IMG/VR virus record: IMGVR_UViG_3300026549_002537
Reading direction: 5' to 3' (one strand)
DNA: 64,000 nucleotides
Source of the DNA: an uncultured virus (IMG/VR IMGVR_UViG_3300026549_002537)
Taxonomy: Duplodnaviria; Heunggongvirae; Uroviricota; Caudoviricetes
Made by a program: the position numbers and the translations under genes. This document shows positions 55,646 to 64,000 of this stretch, piece by piece. The notes beneath the pieces are model-generated. The model was not told the origin of the DNA. It saw only the letters and a program-made list of their open reading frames with translations, and ran no database searches. The stretch's first letter is position 1. Each line of letters begins with the position of its first letter.

Positions 55646-56994
55646 GCTGCTTTCTTGAATAGTCCGATGTTCTGCTCTACCAGCTTTACAATCTCGTTGT
55701 GGTACTTTGTCATGGAGTTCTGAACGCCCCTTGATTGCATCACAGCGAAGGTTTTAAGGTTCAGCTCTATTGTCTCTATACGTTCACCTGTTTCGCGGCT
55801 CTTTGCAGACAGAATCAGCGAGAACTTCTTTTTATAGTAGCCCATAGAGAATACGCAGTGGTGCATGTGCTGCCCTTCGTCTGCCATTTCAGCGATGCTC
55901 TGAATGACGGTTATCACTACGTTCTCATTGCCGAAGCAGATACCAAAATACTTGCCTTTCTCCTTCTTGTAGGTGTCCTCATTGAACTTGGCATCACGCA
56001 ACTTGCGCTCATATTCTTCTTTGGCCTTGATTCTTTGCACTCTCGCTACATACATGTCATGGGCCGCTTTGAGATCAGACGGGCAGACATAGTGGGCGTT
56101 GTGGGTATCAAGATTGAGGTAGTGAAGCGCATCGAGCAGGTCATACCACATCGATGCATCCTTGACGATGTAGTGATTGCGGTTGGCAATTCTGATGGCA
56201 TGGAAGAAATCAAACTGGCGGTCGCGGGAAAGGTGGTTGCCGTTACGCATCCAGTACCTGAGAATATCGTGCTGACCAGTTTTGGCAAGCATTTCAATGT
56301 CGCTGTTAGAAAGGAGCTGCTGCATCAATTCTACGATGTTGATGCCTCTAAGTTGGGCGAGACATGACTGCCAGCCGTTGCGCTTGAAAATGGGAAGAAC
56401 ACTTATTCTTGGATAGAAGTAGTTGTCGGTCACGTCAAAAACATCATCCATTGCATAGCTTCCAGTGGCACGGTCGTTGTGTTTCTGAATTCCCCAGTCT
56501 GAATGTACGTTCCAGCGGAAATGGAATGGGCTACGCGTGTACGACTTGGAAACGATGGTCTCATTACCTTTATCGTCGATCCAGTTCTGGTACACCTCGA
56601 AGATGGTGTAAGAAGTGTCGTGGCCCTGAAGGTTGTACCTGTTAACGTCAAATGTGCGGAACACCTGATATCCCTTGAACGTAGTGATGATTGTCAGATA
56701 CACCCCTTCGTGCTTCTCACGGCGGTTACTTTCAAGCCAGTGCTTCAGTTTGAGGTGAGCTCCACAATGGGGGCATGTTTCATCATCCAACTCAAGTGAC
56801 ACGGCGAGAATGCTGTGGTCTTGGTGATATATGTGGCCGCAGTGTTGGCACCAAACCTTTCCAGTTGTTTTCCAGTAGTAGCCAACCTTTTCGAATATAT
56901 GCTCCTTGGGATAGTCTCTCTGTATGTCTGTCAATGGTGGAAGCTGTGAGGCCATATCCACGAACATTTGCTGTTTCTTGGTTCTTGGTTTCAT
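55642..56994 (-). CDS. PcfJ domain protein
   Basis: MKPRTK start; WYDLLDAL, PSDLKAAHD, EGQHMHHCV, IETIE, QSRG. Confidence 0.88.
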   Translation of the reverse strand: MKPRTKKQQMFVDMASQLPPLTDIQRDYPKEHIFEKVGYYWKTTGKVWCQHCGHIYHQDHSILAVSLELDDETCPHCGAHLKLKHWLESNRREKHEGVYLTIITTFKGYQVFRTFDVNRYNLQGHDTSYTIFEVYQNWIDDKGNETIVSKSYTRSPFHFRWNVHSDWGIQKHNDRATGSYAMDDVFDVTDNYFYPRISVLPIFKRNGWQSCLAQLRGINIVELMQQLLSNSDIEMLAKTGQHDILRYWMRNGNHLSRDRQFDFFHAIRIANRNHYIVKDASMWYDLLDALHYLNLDTHNAHYVCPSDLKAAHDMYVARVQRIKAKEEYERKLRDAKFNEDTYKKEKGKYFGICFGNENVVITVIQSIAEMADEGQHMHHCVFSMGYYKKKFSLILSAKSRETGERIETIELNLKTFAVMQSRGVQNSMTKYHNEIVKLVEQNIGLFKKAA

Positions 56995-57045
56995 ACCTTT
57001 TTTCTCCTTTACGTTACCTATACAATAACCTGATAAACACATAAG

Positions 57046-57576
57046 CTACATCATGTCAAAAAGTGATAACTGCAAGGACTTCTGGCGCTCTTCCGCTTCT
57101 CTCTGCTTCCTGATGCGTTCCTCCTTGGCCTTGCGCTCCTTTTCCTCACGCTTGCGCTCTTCCTCCTTTAGCTTGGCAAGCTGCTCTTTCTCATAGTCTG
57201 CCTTGGCTTTCTCCTTCGCCTCGGCCTTCTCTTCATCGGACAGCTCTACGGTGTGGTTTACGACTATCTTGGCGGCAGCTACTGGCTTCACGTCCTTGAT
57301 GTCATCCTCGTCATAGTAGTGAATGGCCATGTTGTAGATTTCGTCGTCATCGAATCCACAACAGCCTGACTTCTTCACCTGCTGGAGAATGTAGTTACAG
57401 CACTCGTCAAGGTTCTTATTCTCCTTGGCGTAAGTCTTTGCGAAAAGCGCATCTTCAGCCGCTCTCTTGTCGAGATATGCCTTGATGGTTTTCTTGAAAG
57501 AGGTGGAAACCTTCTCACCTCTGGGAGCGGACTTCTTCTGTTCCTGCTCCTTCTTGGTCTCATTCTTTGTTGCCAT
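57046..57576 (-). CDS. PcfK-like protein
   Basis: FKKTIKAYLDKRA.ED.LFA..Y...KNLDECCNYI...GFDDDEIYNMAIHYYDED; ends QLSLFDMM. Confidence 0.88.
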   Translation of the reverse strand: MATKNETKKEQEQKKSAPRGEKVSTSFKKTIKAYLDKRAAEDALFAKTYAKENKNLDECCNYILQQVKKSGCCGFDDDEIYNMAIHYYDEDDIKDVKPVAAAKIVVNHTVELSDEEKAEAKEKAKADYEKEQLAKLKEEERKREEKERKAKEERIRKQREAEERQKSLQLSLFDMM

Positions 57577-57593
57577 ATCAATATTGCGTTGAA

Positions 57594-58337
57594 TTAAAGT
57601 TTTCTTCTGTCCTGCCCCTTTATCTCCATGTAGTTGCACATTTCCACAAGTCGGCTGGCCACACGGTCGCCGTAACGCTCGATAAGGGTCTTGTGGGACA
57701 TGGGATAGTTTGAGGTGAACAATGTGATTAAATCCGTCCTGTCACCCCTCGACTCAATGAGGGTACGCAGGACTTCCAGTTTGTTTCCCATGAAGCAGCA
57801 CTCCGTAGGTTCTGCCCCAAGGTCTTGAATGCCGATGATGTTGGTTTTCTTATAGCCGTCAATGTTGCCAGTATTGGTGAATCTGGCACACACATCATCT
57901 GCACTTACGTTAGCCCAGACAAGCTGATTGAGCTTGTCATCGAAGGTTATCTGGAATCCCATCAAGCGTGAGTATTCGAGGATGATTTCGAGAGCCCACG
58001 ACTTACCTGTGCCAGTGTTCCCGGCAATGTAGATGCCACGCTTCAAGTCCCCCTTGCGCACCTCCTTGCTGTCAGCATCGAGGCACTGCATGGAAGCGTC
58101 GCCGTGTACCCACTTGATCAGGTTCGTATAGGTAAAGCGGTTTTCATCGTCAATCACGAACTTCTGCGTCCTGCTCTTACCCAATATCTCTATCATCTGC
58201 AGGGACTCGTTGATGTCATAGTCCGTGTAGCGGTAGCGGATAATGTCATTGAACAGGCCGCGCTGCTTCATCTTCTCCAGAAGGAGGCTGATTCTGTTCG
58301 TGCGGATCACTTCGCCTTTCTCGTTCTTTATTTCCAT
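57594..58337 (-). CDS. DnaC/IstB-like ATPase (helicase loader)
   Basis: GNTGTGKS, IQDLGAE, TSN, RYGDRVASRLVEMCN. Confidence 0.85.
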   Translation of the reverse strand: MEIKNEKGEVIRTNRISLLLEKMKQRGLFNDIIRYRYTDYDINESLQMIEILGKSRTQKFVIDDENRFTYTNLIKWVHGDASMQCLDADSKEVRKGDLKRGIYIAGNTGTGKSWALEIILEYSRLMGFQITFDDKLNQLVWANVSADDVCARFTNTGNIDGYKKTNIIGIQDLGAEPTECCFMGNKLEVLRTLIESRGDRTDLITLFTSNYPMSHKTLIERYGDRVASRLVEMCNYMEIKGQDRRKL

Positions 58338-59053
58338 AGATCATTCACTTGATTGGTTCCAGAAGATGATTCCTTGCCGCTCTTCCTCAGTTCGTCTTTG
58401 TACTTGTCAACGACCCAGTTGAGAATTGCCCTGTAGTCTGACTTGTAGGATCGGCCAGTAGCGGCCTTGTAGTTATCAAGGAGTTCAACCATCCTCTTTG
58501 CTCCGGCCTCGCCGTATTCCTCCACCAGCTTTGAGTACTCAGCGTCAGTCATCTTGACCGTATCTGTGTACTTGTGCTTGACGTCGGATTTCGGCTTTGC
58601 CGGGGCTTTTACCGATGGATTTGCCGTCTCGTTTGCTGCATCATTTGTCGCGGCAAAACGCTTGTTGGTGATGGATGACCCCCTGCGTCCGGCTTCTGCA
58701 CGCTTCTCGCTGATTTCCGAGTCGCGTATCATCCGCTTCTGGCACAGATAGTTGCCTTCCACGTAGAGGACACCTTCACCGACAAGCTCTTTCAGGGCGT
58801 TAAGAATCTCTTTCTTGTCGTATGGCATGTGACGAACCAACTGGGAGGCGAACTGCTCCAGCGGCTCGATACCACCGAAGAGGGAAATATCCCTCGACTT
58901 GATGGCTATCTTGCCGTAGGGGTCAGACTTATGCATCATACACATCAGTCTGATGTAGATGCCTGTTGCCGATGCGGAACACTCCAGCAACTTTTCATCG
59001 TTGAGGAAGTCCTGCACGTTCAACGGCAAACATGGTTGGTCTCTTAATGCCAT
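58328..59053 (-). CDS. Putative replication initiator (DUF1376/YdaU-like)
   Basis: QDFLNDEKL..CS..ATGIYIRLMC; QKRMIRD; C-terminal YKSDYRAILNWV; upstream of the DnaC-like gene. Confidence 0.75.
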   Translation of the reverse strand: MALRDQPCLPLNVQDFLNDEKLLECSASATGIYIRLMCMMHKSDPYGKIAIKSRDISLFGGIEPLEQFASQLVRHMPYDKKEILNALKELVGEGVLYVEGNYLCQKRMIRDSEISEKRAEAGRRGSSITNKRFAATNDAANETANPSVKAPAKPKSDVKHKYTDTVKMTDAEYSKLVEEYGEAGAKRMVELLDNYKAATGRSYKSDYRAILNWVVDKYKDELRKSGKESSSGTNQVNDLWK

Positions 59054-59058
59054 AATCT

Positions 59059-59937
59059 CTACTTCTCGTTATAAACCAGTGAGAACTCTTTCGGAACGAA
59101 GCCCTTGGCAGGCATCGGTACGGCTTTCTCGATGCAGAGCGTAGCCATCCGCACCTGGTACTCGCCGCCTTCCTTCTCTGCACGTTCCTTGCGCTTTTCC
59201 TCGCATTCCTGCAGATACCTGCTGATGACCACCAAGGCACGGTTCGTGTCGATGGTGTTCACGATGAAGGACTGGTGCAGCTCAACGCCATCGTCATAGG
59301 TGATCTTCATATCCATCTGGAAGAACTTCTTCTGATCCTCCCTGATGGGTTCTTCATCCTCCTTGCTCTCTGTCTTGGCATTGATGTAGGTCTCCATGTC
59401 GATTTTGTCCTGAATATAGGCCACATCGATATTCTCCTTGCTCATTTCATCGGTGAGGATGATGCAGGAGTCCATTTCCTTGATGGCTGTGAACACGAAA
59501 CCGCCGCTCCTGTTCAGCTCCAGGTAGTCACGCATGATTTCCAGAACATTCTCGATGCCACAGGCGTAGAGGATGAAGCGAAGATTATCCTTGCCGATGC
59601 GGACGTTCACGCTGTAGGGGTAGAGGGCCGTGTTCTCCAGCTCGTAGGCCTCGCGGTTCTGATTGCTGACCTCAATCTCCTTACATTCCCCTGCTGCCTG
59701 TGAGAACTGAATCTTCTGGAGAACGTCGCGGGTGATGAGAGTACCCTTCTCGAAAAGCACCTCATTGCGTTCTATCTCACATGGCTTTCCCGTGTCATGG
59801 TCGAAGAACGTCTCTTTCCACGTCTTCAAGACCTTCTTGCAGATGTACTTGTTAAGCATCCGCTTCGGGTCAGCTGTCGTGATGCGGATTTCATCCTTCC
59901 GCGTCTCAACCTTCTTCTTGATTGCTTTCTTTGCCAT
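59059..59937 (-). CDS. Hypothetical protein with an N-terminal RpoB-like segment
   Basis: VLKTWKETFFDHDTGKPCEIERNEVL resembles a Bacteroidetes RpoB segment as I recall it. Confidence 0.6.
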   Translation of the reverse strand: MAKKAIKKKVETRKDEIRITTADPKRMLNKYICKKVLKTWKETFFDHDTGKPCEIERNEVLFEKGTLITRDVLQKIQFSQAAGECKEIEVSNQNREAYELENTALYPYSVNVRIGKDNLRFILYACGIENVLEIMRDYLELNRSGGFVFTAIKEMDSCIILTDEMSKENIDVAYIQDKIDMETYINAKTESKEDEEPIREDQKKFFQMDMKITYDDGVELHQSFIVNTIDTNRALVVISRYLQECEEKRKERAEKEGGEYQVRMATLCIEKAVPMPAKGFVPKEFSLVYNEK

Positions 59938-59939
59938 AG

Positions 59940-60542
59940 TTACTTACCATTTGTTGTGAACATCATAAACTCAGCCCAGATGTCGAGGAACTGCTTGCCT
60001 GCGTACTCAGCCAAATCTCTTGTCTTGAAGCAGAGCCGACCACCGCTGCCCGAGTTCGAGAACGTGGAGGCGTAATTCGCGTCCGAAAAAGCGACACCCG
60101 CGCTCGCACCCGCATAGTTGTTCGAGCGACCGAGCACCCGGCCTTTATCCTCTTCATCCATTTCGTCTATCTCCTTCTGTGTGTAGAGACAGAACCATGG
60201 ATAATAGCGGTATTCATCGGTTGTGAACTTAGGCTCCCATCCCTCATTGAGGGCATAGGCGATAATGGCCAGCTTCATATAGGCCAATATCTGGGGATTC
60301 TTGATATTGTCGGCATTGGACTCATAGTCTGCCAACAGGGTTGCAGCCGTATCGTCGCCAGAAAGGGCTTTCGTGTTCAACTCCTGGAGTGCATCGTCAA
60401 GCGTCTTTACACGCTCCATGATATCCTTTGGCTTGAACAGATCCTTTCCGAGCAGATGTTCCAGCAGTTCCTTACCCTCGGGTGATGCGTTCTTATAGGC
60501 ATTCAGCGCATTCTCTTCCGAAATCTTAATTTCCTTTTTCAT
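59940..60542 (-). CDS. Second DGR target protein (200 aa, no signal peptide or TM)
   Basis: Contains VR2 (GRVLGRSNNYAGASAGVAFSDANYASTFSNSGSGGRLCF); ALNEGWEP..YYPWF motif. Confidence 0.9.
   Translation of the reverse strand: MKKEIKISEENALNAYKNASPEGKELLEHLLGKDLFKPKDIMERVKTLDDALQELNTKALSGDDTAATLLADYESNADNIKNPQILAYMKLAIIAYALNEGWEPKFTTDEYRYYPWFCLYTQKEIDEMDEEDKGRVLGRSNNYAGASAGVAFSDANYASTFSNSGSGGRLCFKTRDLAEYAGKQFLDIWAEFMMFTTNGK
60030..60144 (-). repeat. DGR variable repeat VR2 (remote)
   Basis: 115 bp; 14 mismatches to the TR, all at TR adenines (8 A>G, 6 A>T). Confidence 0.96.
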
Positions 60543-60738
60543 TGTTACTTTCTTTAATTGATGATTTGAGTTTCTTATCCAGCTTCTTCGCCATAAGCCG
60601 CATGAGCCTTGCGCGGTTCTCCAATCGGAGGGTTCCGATTCCGAGTTTGTTCCTGCGGCATACCTCGACCGTTATAAGGGCGGCAGACTCTTCCAGAAAC
60701 TGGATGATATTCTTGATATCTGTCTTACATACTTCCAT
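60526..60738 (-). CDS. Small hypothetical protein
   Basis: MEVCKTD...NRARLMRLMAKKL. Confidence 0.6.
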   Translation of the reverse strand: MEVCKTDIKNIIQFLEESAALITVEVCRRNKLGIGTLRLENRARLMRLMAKKLDKKLKSSIKESNNEKGN

Positions 60739-60739
60739 G

Positions 60740-61495
60740 TCAGTACGGTTCTTTGGATAGGTCGAGCGTCATGCCTGCATTGGCAGCGTACACGCACTTT
60801 CCCGTCAGCTCTGAGACCTCACGGACAAAACGCTTCTCGTCTGAGTTTCCGTCGGAGAGGTGAATCAGGATGATGTTGCTTACGTCCGAGAGGTCATTGT
60901 CCTGTAGTATGAGCTTGGTGGTACCAATCTCCATGTGGGATTTCAGCAGACGGGGGCGCATAGCCGGGGGAACGCTGCCGTTCTCAATATTCCTGGTCAG
61001 AATGTCGTCGGCATAGTTCGCCTCAATCATGATGTGGTTCATGCGAGGCACAACCATGTCAAGCGTCATGGTGTCGGTGACGAACAGGATCCTTCCGCTT
61101 TCGGGATGGTCAATGACAAAACCGAGGCATCCGCATCTTGTGCCGTCATTGTTGGAATGATTGAGGGCAATCGGCATTATCTTGAAGTCGCCAACCTTGA
61201 TGCCGTGCAGCGGCTCGATGGCCCGAGTGAATGGAGCACCGAGCAGCTGCTTGGCTTCAAGTGTCTCAGAGAGTGCCAGAACCAGTACCCCGGAAGCGGC
61301 CAGTTCGCCGATGTACTTGGCGTGGTCATTGTGATGGTGGCTGATGATTGCCCCTACAATGCCGTTTATATTGAATCTGAGAGCCTTTTTCACTTCCAGA
61401 AACCTTACACCTGCCTCTACTATCAGAGAGCCGCTGGCGGCCTCCAAAACGTAGCAGTTGCCAAGTGAGTTGCTTCCAAGGATATGCAGTTTCAT
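60740..61495 (-). CDS. MBL-fold metallo-hydrolase (putative exonuclease partner of RecT)
   Basis: LGSNSLGNCY, SHHHNDHA, TDT, IEANY, HLSDGNS. Confidence 0.9.
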   Translation of the reverse strand: MKLHILGSNSLGNCYVLEAASGSLIVEAGVRFLEVKKALRFNINGIVGAIISHHHNDHAKYIGELAASGVLVLALSETLEAKQLLGAPFTRAIEPLHGIKVGDFKIMPIALNHSNNDGTRCGCLGFVIDHPESGRILFVTDTMTLDMVVPRMNHIMIEANYADDILTRNIENGSVPPAMRPRLLKSHMEIGTTKLILQDNDLSDVSNIILIHLSDGNSDEKRFVREVSELTGKCVYAANAGMTLDLSKEPY

Positions 61496-61514
61496 GCTGT
61501 CTGGCTTTTATGGG

Positions 61515-62453
61515 TTAATAACCTGGTTCGTCATCGTTCGCGGGAGCTGCAGGAGCAGGAGAAGGAGCGGATTCGGACTCTTGACCCTGCGACTGCTGAG
61601 TGGTGCCGCTGTTCGTGACGTCCTCATACTCCGCATCTTCGAGCTTGGTAGTAGAGCGGCCCTGCACCTCTGCGTCACGCTGACGCTGTGCGGTGTCCAC
61701 ATCATCCTCGTCTTGCTTGCCCTCATAGAGCCATGCGTCATCAGAGCTGTTGATGACCATCTTACAGGCACGGCCGATGACCGTCTTCTTACACATTTCG
61801 GCAGGGAAGTTCTTGTGTGCCGGACTCTGACCCTTGGTGGCTCCCTGGTTCCAAGCCTTCTTGATTTGGTCGATGGTCATGATAGTTACCTCAGTTCTGC
61901 CATCCTCAAAGGTGGTGATGGCGTAAGCTGCCTTGATTTTGGCATCGTCGATGTTCTCAATCTTCTGGTCGTGCTTGATGACCTTCATGAGTCCTGTTTC
62001 TGGATCGATGGTGTACACGAACTCGTCGCCCTCATAGATGACGTTGGCGACTGGTTCACGCTTGATGCCGCCACCGACACGCTTTGCCAGTGCAACGGTG
62101 CCGAAATAGGAACGCTGGAACTCCAGCTTGTTTCCGTAGGCAATGAAGTAACCCTGATTCTTGCTCACGGCCATACCCTGCAGCACCATGTCGAAAAGGG
62201 CGTTGGCAATGGATGCCTTTGTGCATACTTCCAGCACTGGCTTGTTGTTGCGGTCGAGGGTTTCTTGAAGAATGAGCCATGCTGACTTCATGTTGTTCTC
62301 CACGGAATAGTTCTTCGGGAGAATCAGGCCTCCGTCCGCAGTGAACTTGTTTACTTTTTCGAGAACCTGATCTGAAATGTTCTCGTACTTGACTACAGCA
62401 GTCTGTTGCTGCTGTGTTCCCGGCTGGGCTGTTGTCGATTGATTCTGTGACAT
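61515..62453 (-). CDS. recT: RecT family single-strand annealing recombinase
   Basis: SIANALFDMVLQG, YFIAYG, RSYFG, VIYEGDEF, EMCKKTVI. Confidence 0.9.
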   Translation of the reverse strand: MSQNQSTTAQPGTQQQQTAVVKYENISDQVLEKVNKFTADGGLILPKNYSVENNMKSAWLILQETLDRNNKPVLEVCTKASIANALFDMVLQGMAVSKNQGYFIAYGNKLEFQRSYFGTVALAKRVGGGIKREPVANVIYEGDEFVYTIDPETGLMKVIKHDQKIENIDDAKIKAAYAITTFEDGRTEVTIMTIDQIKKAWNQGATKGQSPAHKNFPAEMCKKTVIGRACKMVINSSDDAWLYEGKQDEDDVDTAQRQRDAEVQGRSTTKLEDAEYEDVTNSGTTQQSQGQESESAPSPAPAAPANDDEPGY

Positions 62454-62481
62454 ACAATCTTGAATTTAGGGTGAAACATTA

Positions 62482-64000
62482 TTATTGAACTTTGAGCTTC
62501 GTACAGGAAGCGTCAACTATCAAATTGATTACCTGGGAGTCCACGTCTATGATATCTGTGGCCGACTCCCTGTTGTCGATGAAGATGGGGGCGTTTACCT
62601 CATTGGCCCGGCAGATGGCATTGATGATGTCAAGCCCGGCATTGATTTTCTCTGAGTTGGATAGTACGGAGTAGGGGGTGCCGTGCATCATGCACTCGCA
62701 GGTCTCGACTTCGCCGCCGTTGATCTGTCGCTCGTACATCTTGAACTTGACGATGGAGAAAAGGCTGTTGATTTTGCCCTCTACCATGGCCACCTTCGCC
62801 TTGCCGAACTCCAAGATGTTGAACTCGATGCCTTCAAGCTCAGTCAGGGCCTCGTTGTTCTTCTTCAACTCTTTCTCCAGTTCCTCGATGCGCTTCAACG
62901 TGGCGGCAATGGTATCACGCTTTGCCAGACGCTTGCGGTCATCCTCTATGCCTTCCAGCAGGAGGTTCTTTCCGTCGGTGAGGAAATCGGTATCTGGCTT
63001 CTCGATGGGCTTGGCGATCTCTGCCTCCAGTGCGGCAATCTCCTTGTCGATTTGCTGAAGCTCTGCATCTGAGGCAATGCCGGAGGTGATATCTGGCTGA
63101 GTCGGTGCAGCCTCTGTGAAGGGCTTCTCGACGAGTGATGCCAGAAGGGCTTCTTTCTCCTTGATGACAGCCTCGGACTTGGCAATGCTCTCTTTCAGCT
63201 GGGCCACCTCAGCGGCAACCTTCTGGCCGTTGGTCTTATTCTCGGTGAGCAGGTGGGAGGTGTGAGCATTGTATGCCTGTCGCTGTTCCTCAATGCTTCG
63301 TTCAATCTGACTCTGCTCATAGGGACGGCCACAATGCGGGCAGACGGTTTCAAGGTTCTCTGGGTTGAACTCACGGGCCTTGATGCTGCGCCACTCGTCA
63401 CGGAGTCTGTTAAGCCGCTGTTCGCGCTCGTTGATGTCACATTGTAGGCTGATGATGACTTCACGCTCACGTCTGATTTCAGACTCGGCCATCCTGCGGC
63501 GCTGGCTGGTGTCGAAGCTCTGCTGCTGTGCTGCAATGCGTCGGTTGTTGTAGTCCTCGGTCTGCTTATAGAAGTCTTTCAGCAGTTCGTCGCGGACGGC
63601 ACCCTCACGGACGGCACGCTGGCGTTTCTTCTCGGCAAGTTCCTTGGCTTTAGAGGCTGTTTCCTGTGCCTTGGCCTGGTAAGCCTTGCCCTCGTCGGCA
63701 ATCTGGCCGTCAAGCTCCTTAATCTTCGCCTCCTTCTCCTTGATGTCCTTTTCAAGGGCTGACCAGTCCTCGGCCTCCGGCATCTGGCGTTTGTTCTCGT
63801 CGATGCGTGCAGGGATGGTCTCGATGGCTTCCTTGATGCGCTTCTTCTTCGCTCCTATCTCACGCTTGTATTCATCCAGCGTCTTGTGGCTCAGCTGCTC
63901 GGCGAGGTTGGCGAACTTCTCCTGGTCACTGGCCGCTACGTCGGCATCTGTGAGGTCACCTGCCATCTGGAACAGCATACCGCGCTGTATGGCTGGCTTC
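62482..64000 (-). CDS. SbcC/Rad50-like AAA coiled-coil ATPase (5' truncated)
   Basis: Long coiled coil with CPHCG hook; LSNSEKINAGLDIIN, PIFIDNRES; open to the window edge. Confidence 0.85.
   Translation of the reverse strand, partial: KPAIQRGMLFQMAGDLTDADVAASDQEKFANLAEQLSHKTLDEYKREIGAKKKRIKEAIETIPARIDENKRQMPEAEDWSALEKDIKEKEAKIKELDGQIADEGKAYQAKAQETASKAKELAEKKRQRAVREGAVRDELLKDFYKQTEDYNNRRIAAQQQSFDTSQRRRMAESEIRREREVIISLQCDINEREQRLNRLRDEWRSIKAREFNPENLETVCPHCGRPYEQSQIERSIEEQRQAYNAHTSHLLTENKTNGQKVAAEVAQLKESIAKSEAVIKEKEALLASLVEKPFTEAAPTQPDITSGIASDAELQQIDKEIAALEAEIAKPIEKPDTDFLTDGKNLLLEGIEDDRKRLAKRDTIAATLKRIEELEKELKKNNEALTELEGIEFNILEFGKAKVAMVEGKINSLFSIVKFKMYERQINGGEVETCECMMHGTPYSVLSNSEKINAGLDIINAICRANEVNAPIFIDNRESATDIIDVDSQVINLIVDASCTKLKVQ

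Larger units (their letters stand above)
7393..64000 (-). mobile_element. Prophage (siphovirus-like, Bacteroidota), truncated at the right window edge
   Basis: Terminase, portal, MuF, capsid, tail, tape measure, lysis, RecT, SSB and replication genes in phage order. Confidence 0.95.

Overview
Bacteroidota (Prevotella/Bacteroides-like) genomic DNA. TAnnTTTG promoter boxes and the gene families support this. The window has two adjacent mobile elements. (1) 1-~7.3 kb is an integrative mobilizable element (IME): MOBV-type relaxase with oriT-like hairpins, DUF3987 protein, excisionase-like HTH, tyrosine integrase and a multi-HTH protein. (2) ~7.4-64 kb is a large siphovirus-like prophage, almost all on the minus strand and cut off by the right edge. 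It carries recombination/replication, methyltransferase, accessory, packaging, head, tail and lysis modules. The junction holds a 21-bp copy of what looks like the 3' end of mnmE/trmE (N-F-C-V-G-K-stop), a likely att site shared by both elements. The main result is a diversity-generating retroelement (DGR): RT (YCDD) at 9833-11143 and a 115-bp template repeat (TR) at 11366-11480. It has TWO variable repeats that differ from the TR only at adenines. VR1 (11600-11714, 17 substitutions) is at the C-terminus of a 2170-aa LamG/CotH-kinase-like/LRR protein. VR2 (60030-60144, 14 substitutions) lies ~48.6 kb away in a 200-aa gene in the replication/recombination module. No avd gene is visible, but the RT has a ~114-aa C-terminal extension. 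Other notable items: a MuF protein with a PD-(D/E)XK toxin-like tip facing a promoter-driven RNA that resembles a tRNA acceptor stem; a Panacea toxin-antitoxin pair; a 12-bp iteron-like array detached from the initiator gene; a recurring palindromic operator; QLSLF clamp-binding motifs on three proteins; an RpoB-like segment in a phage protein; and a degenerate tRNA inside the tail operon. All family assignments come from motif recognition by eye, with no database searches.
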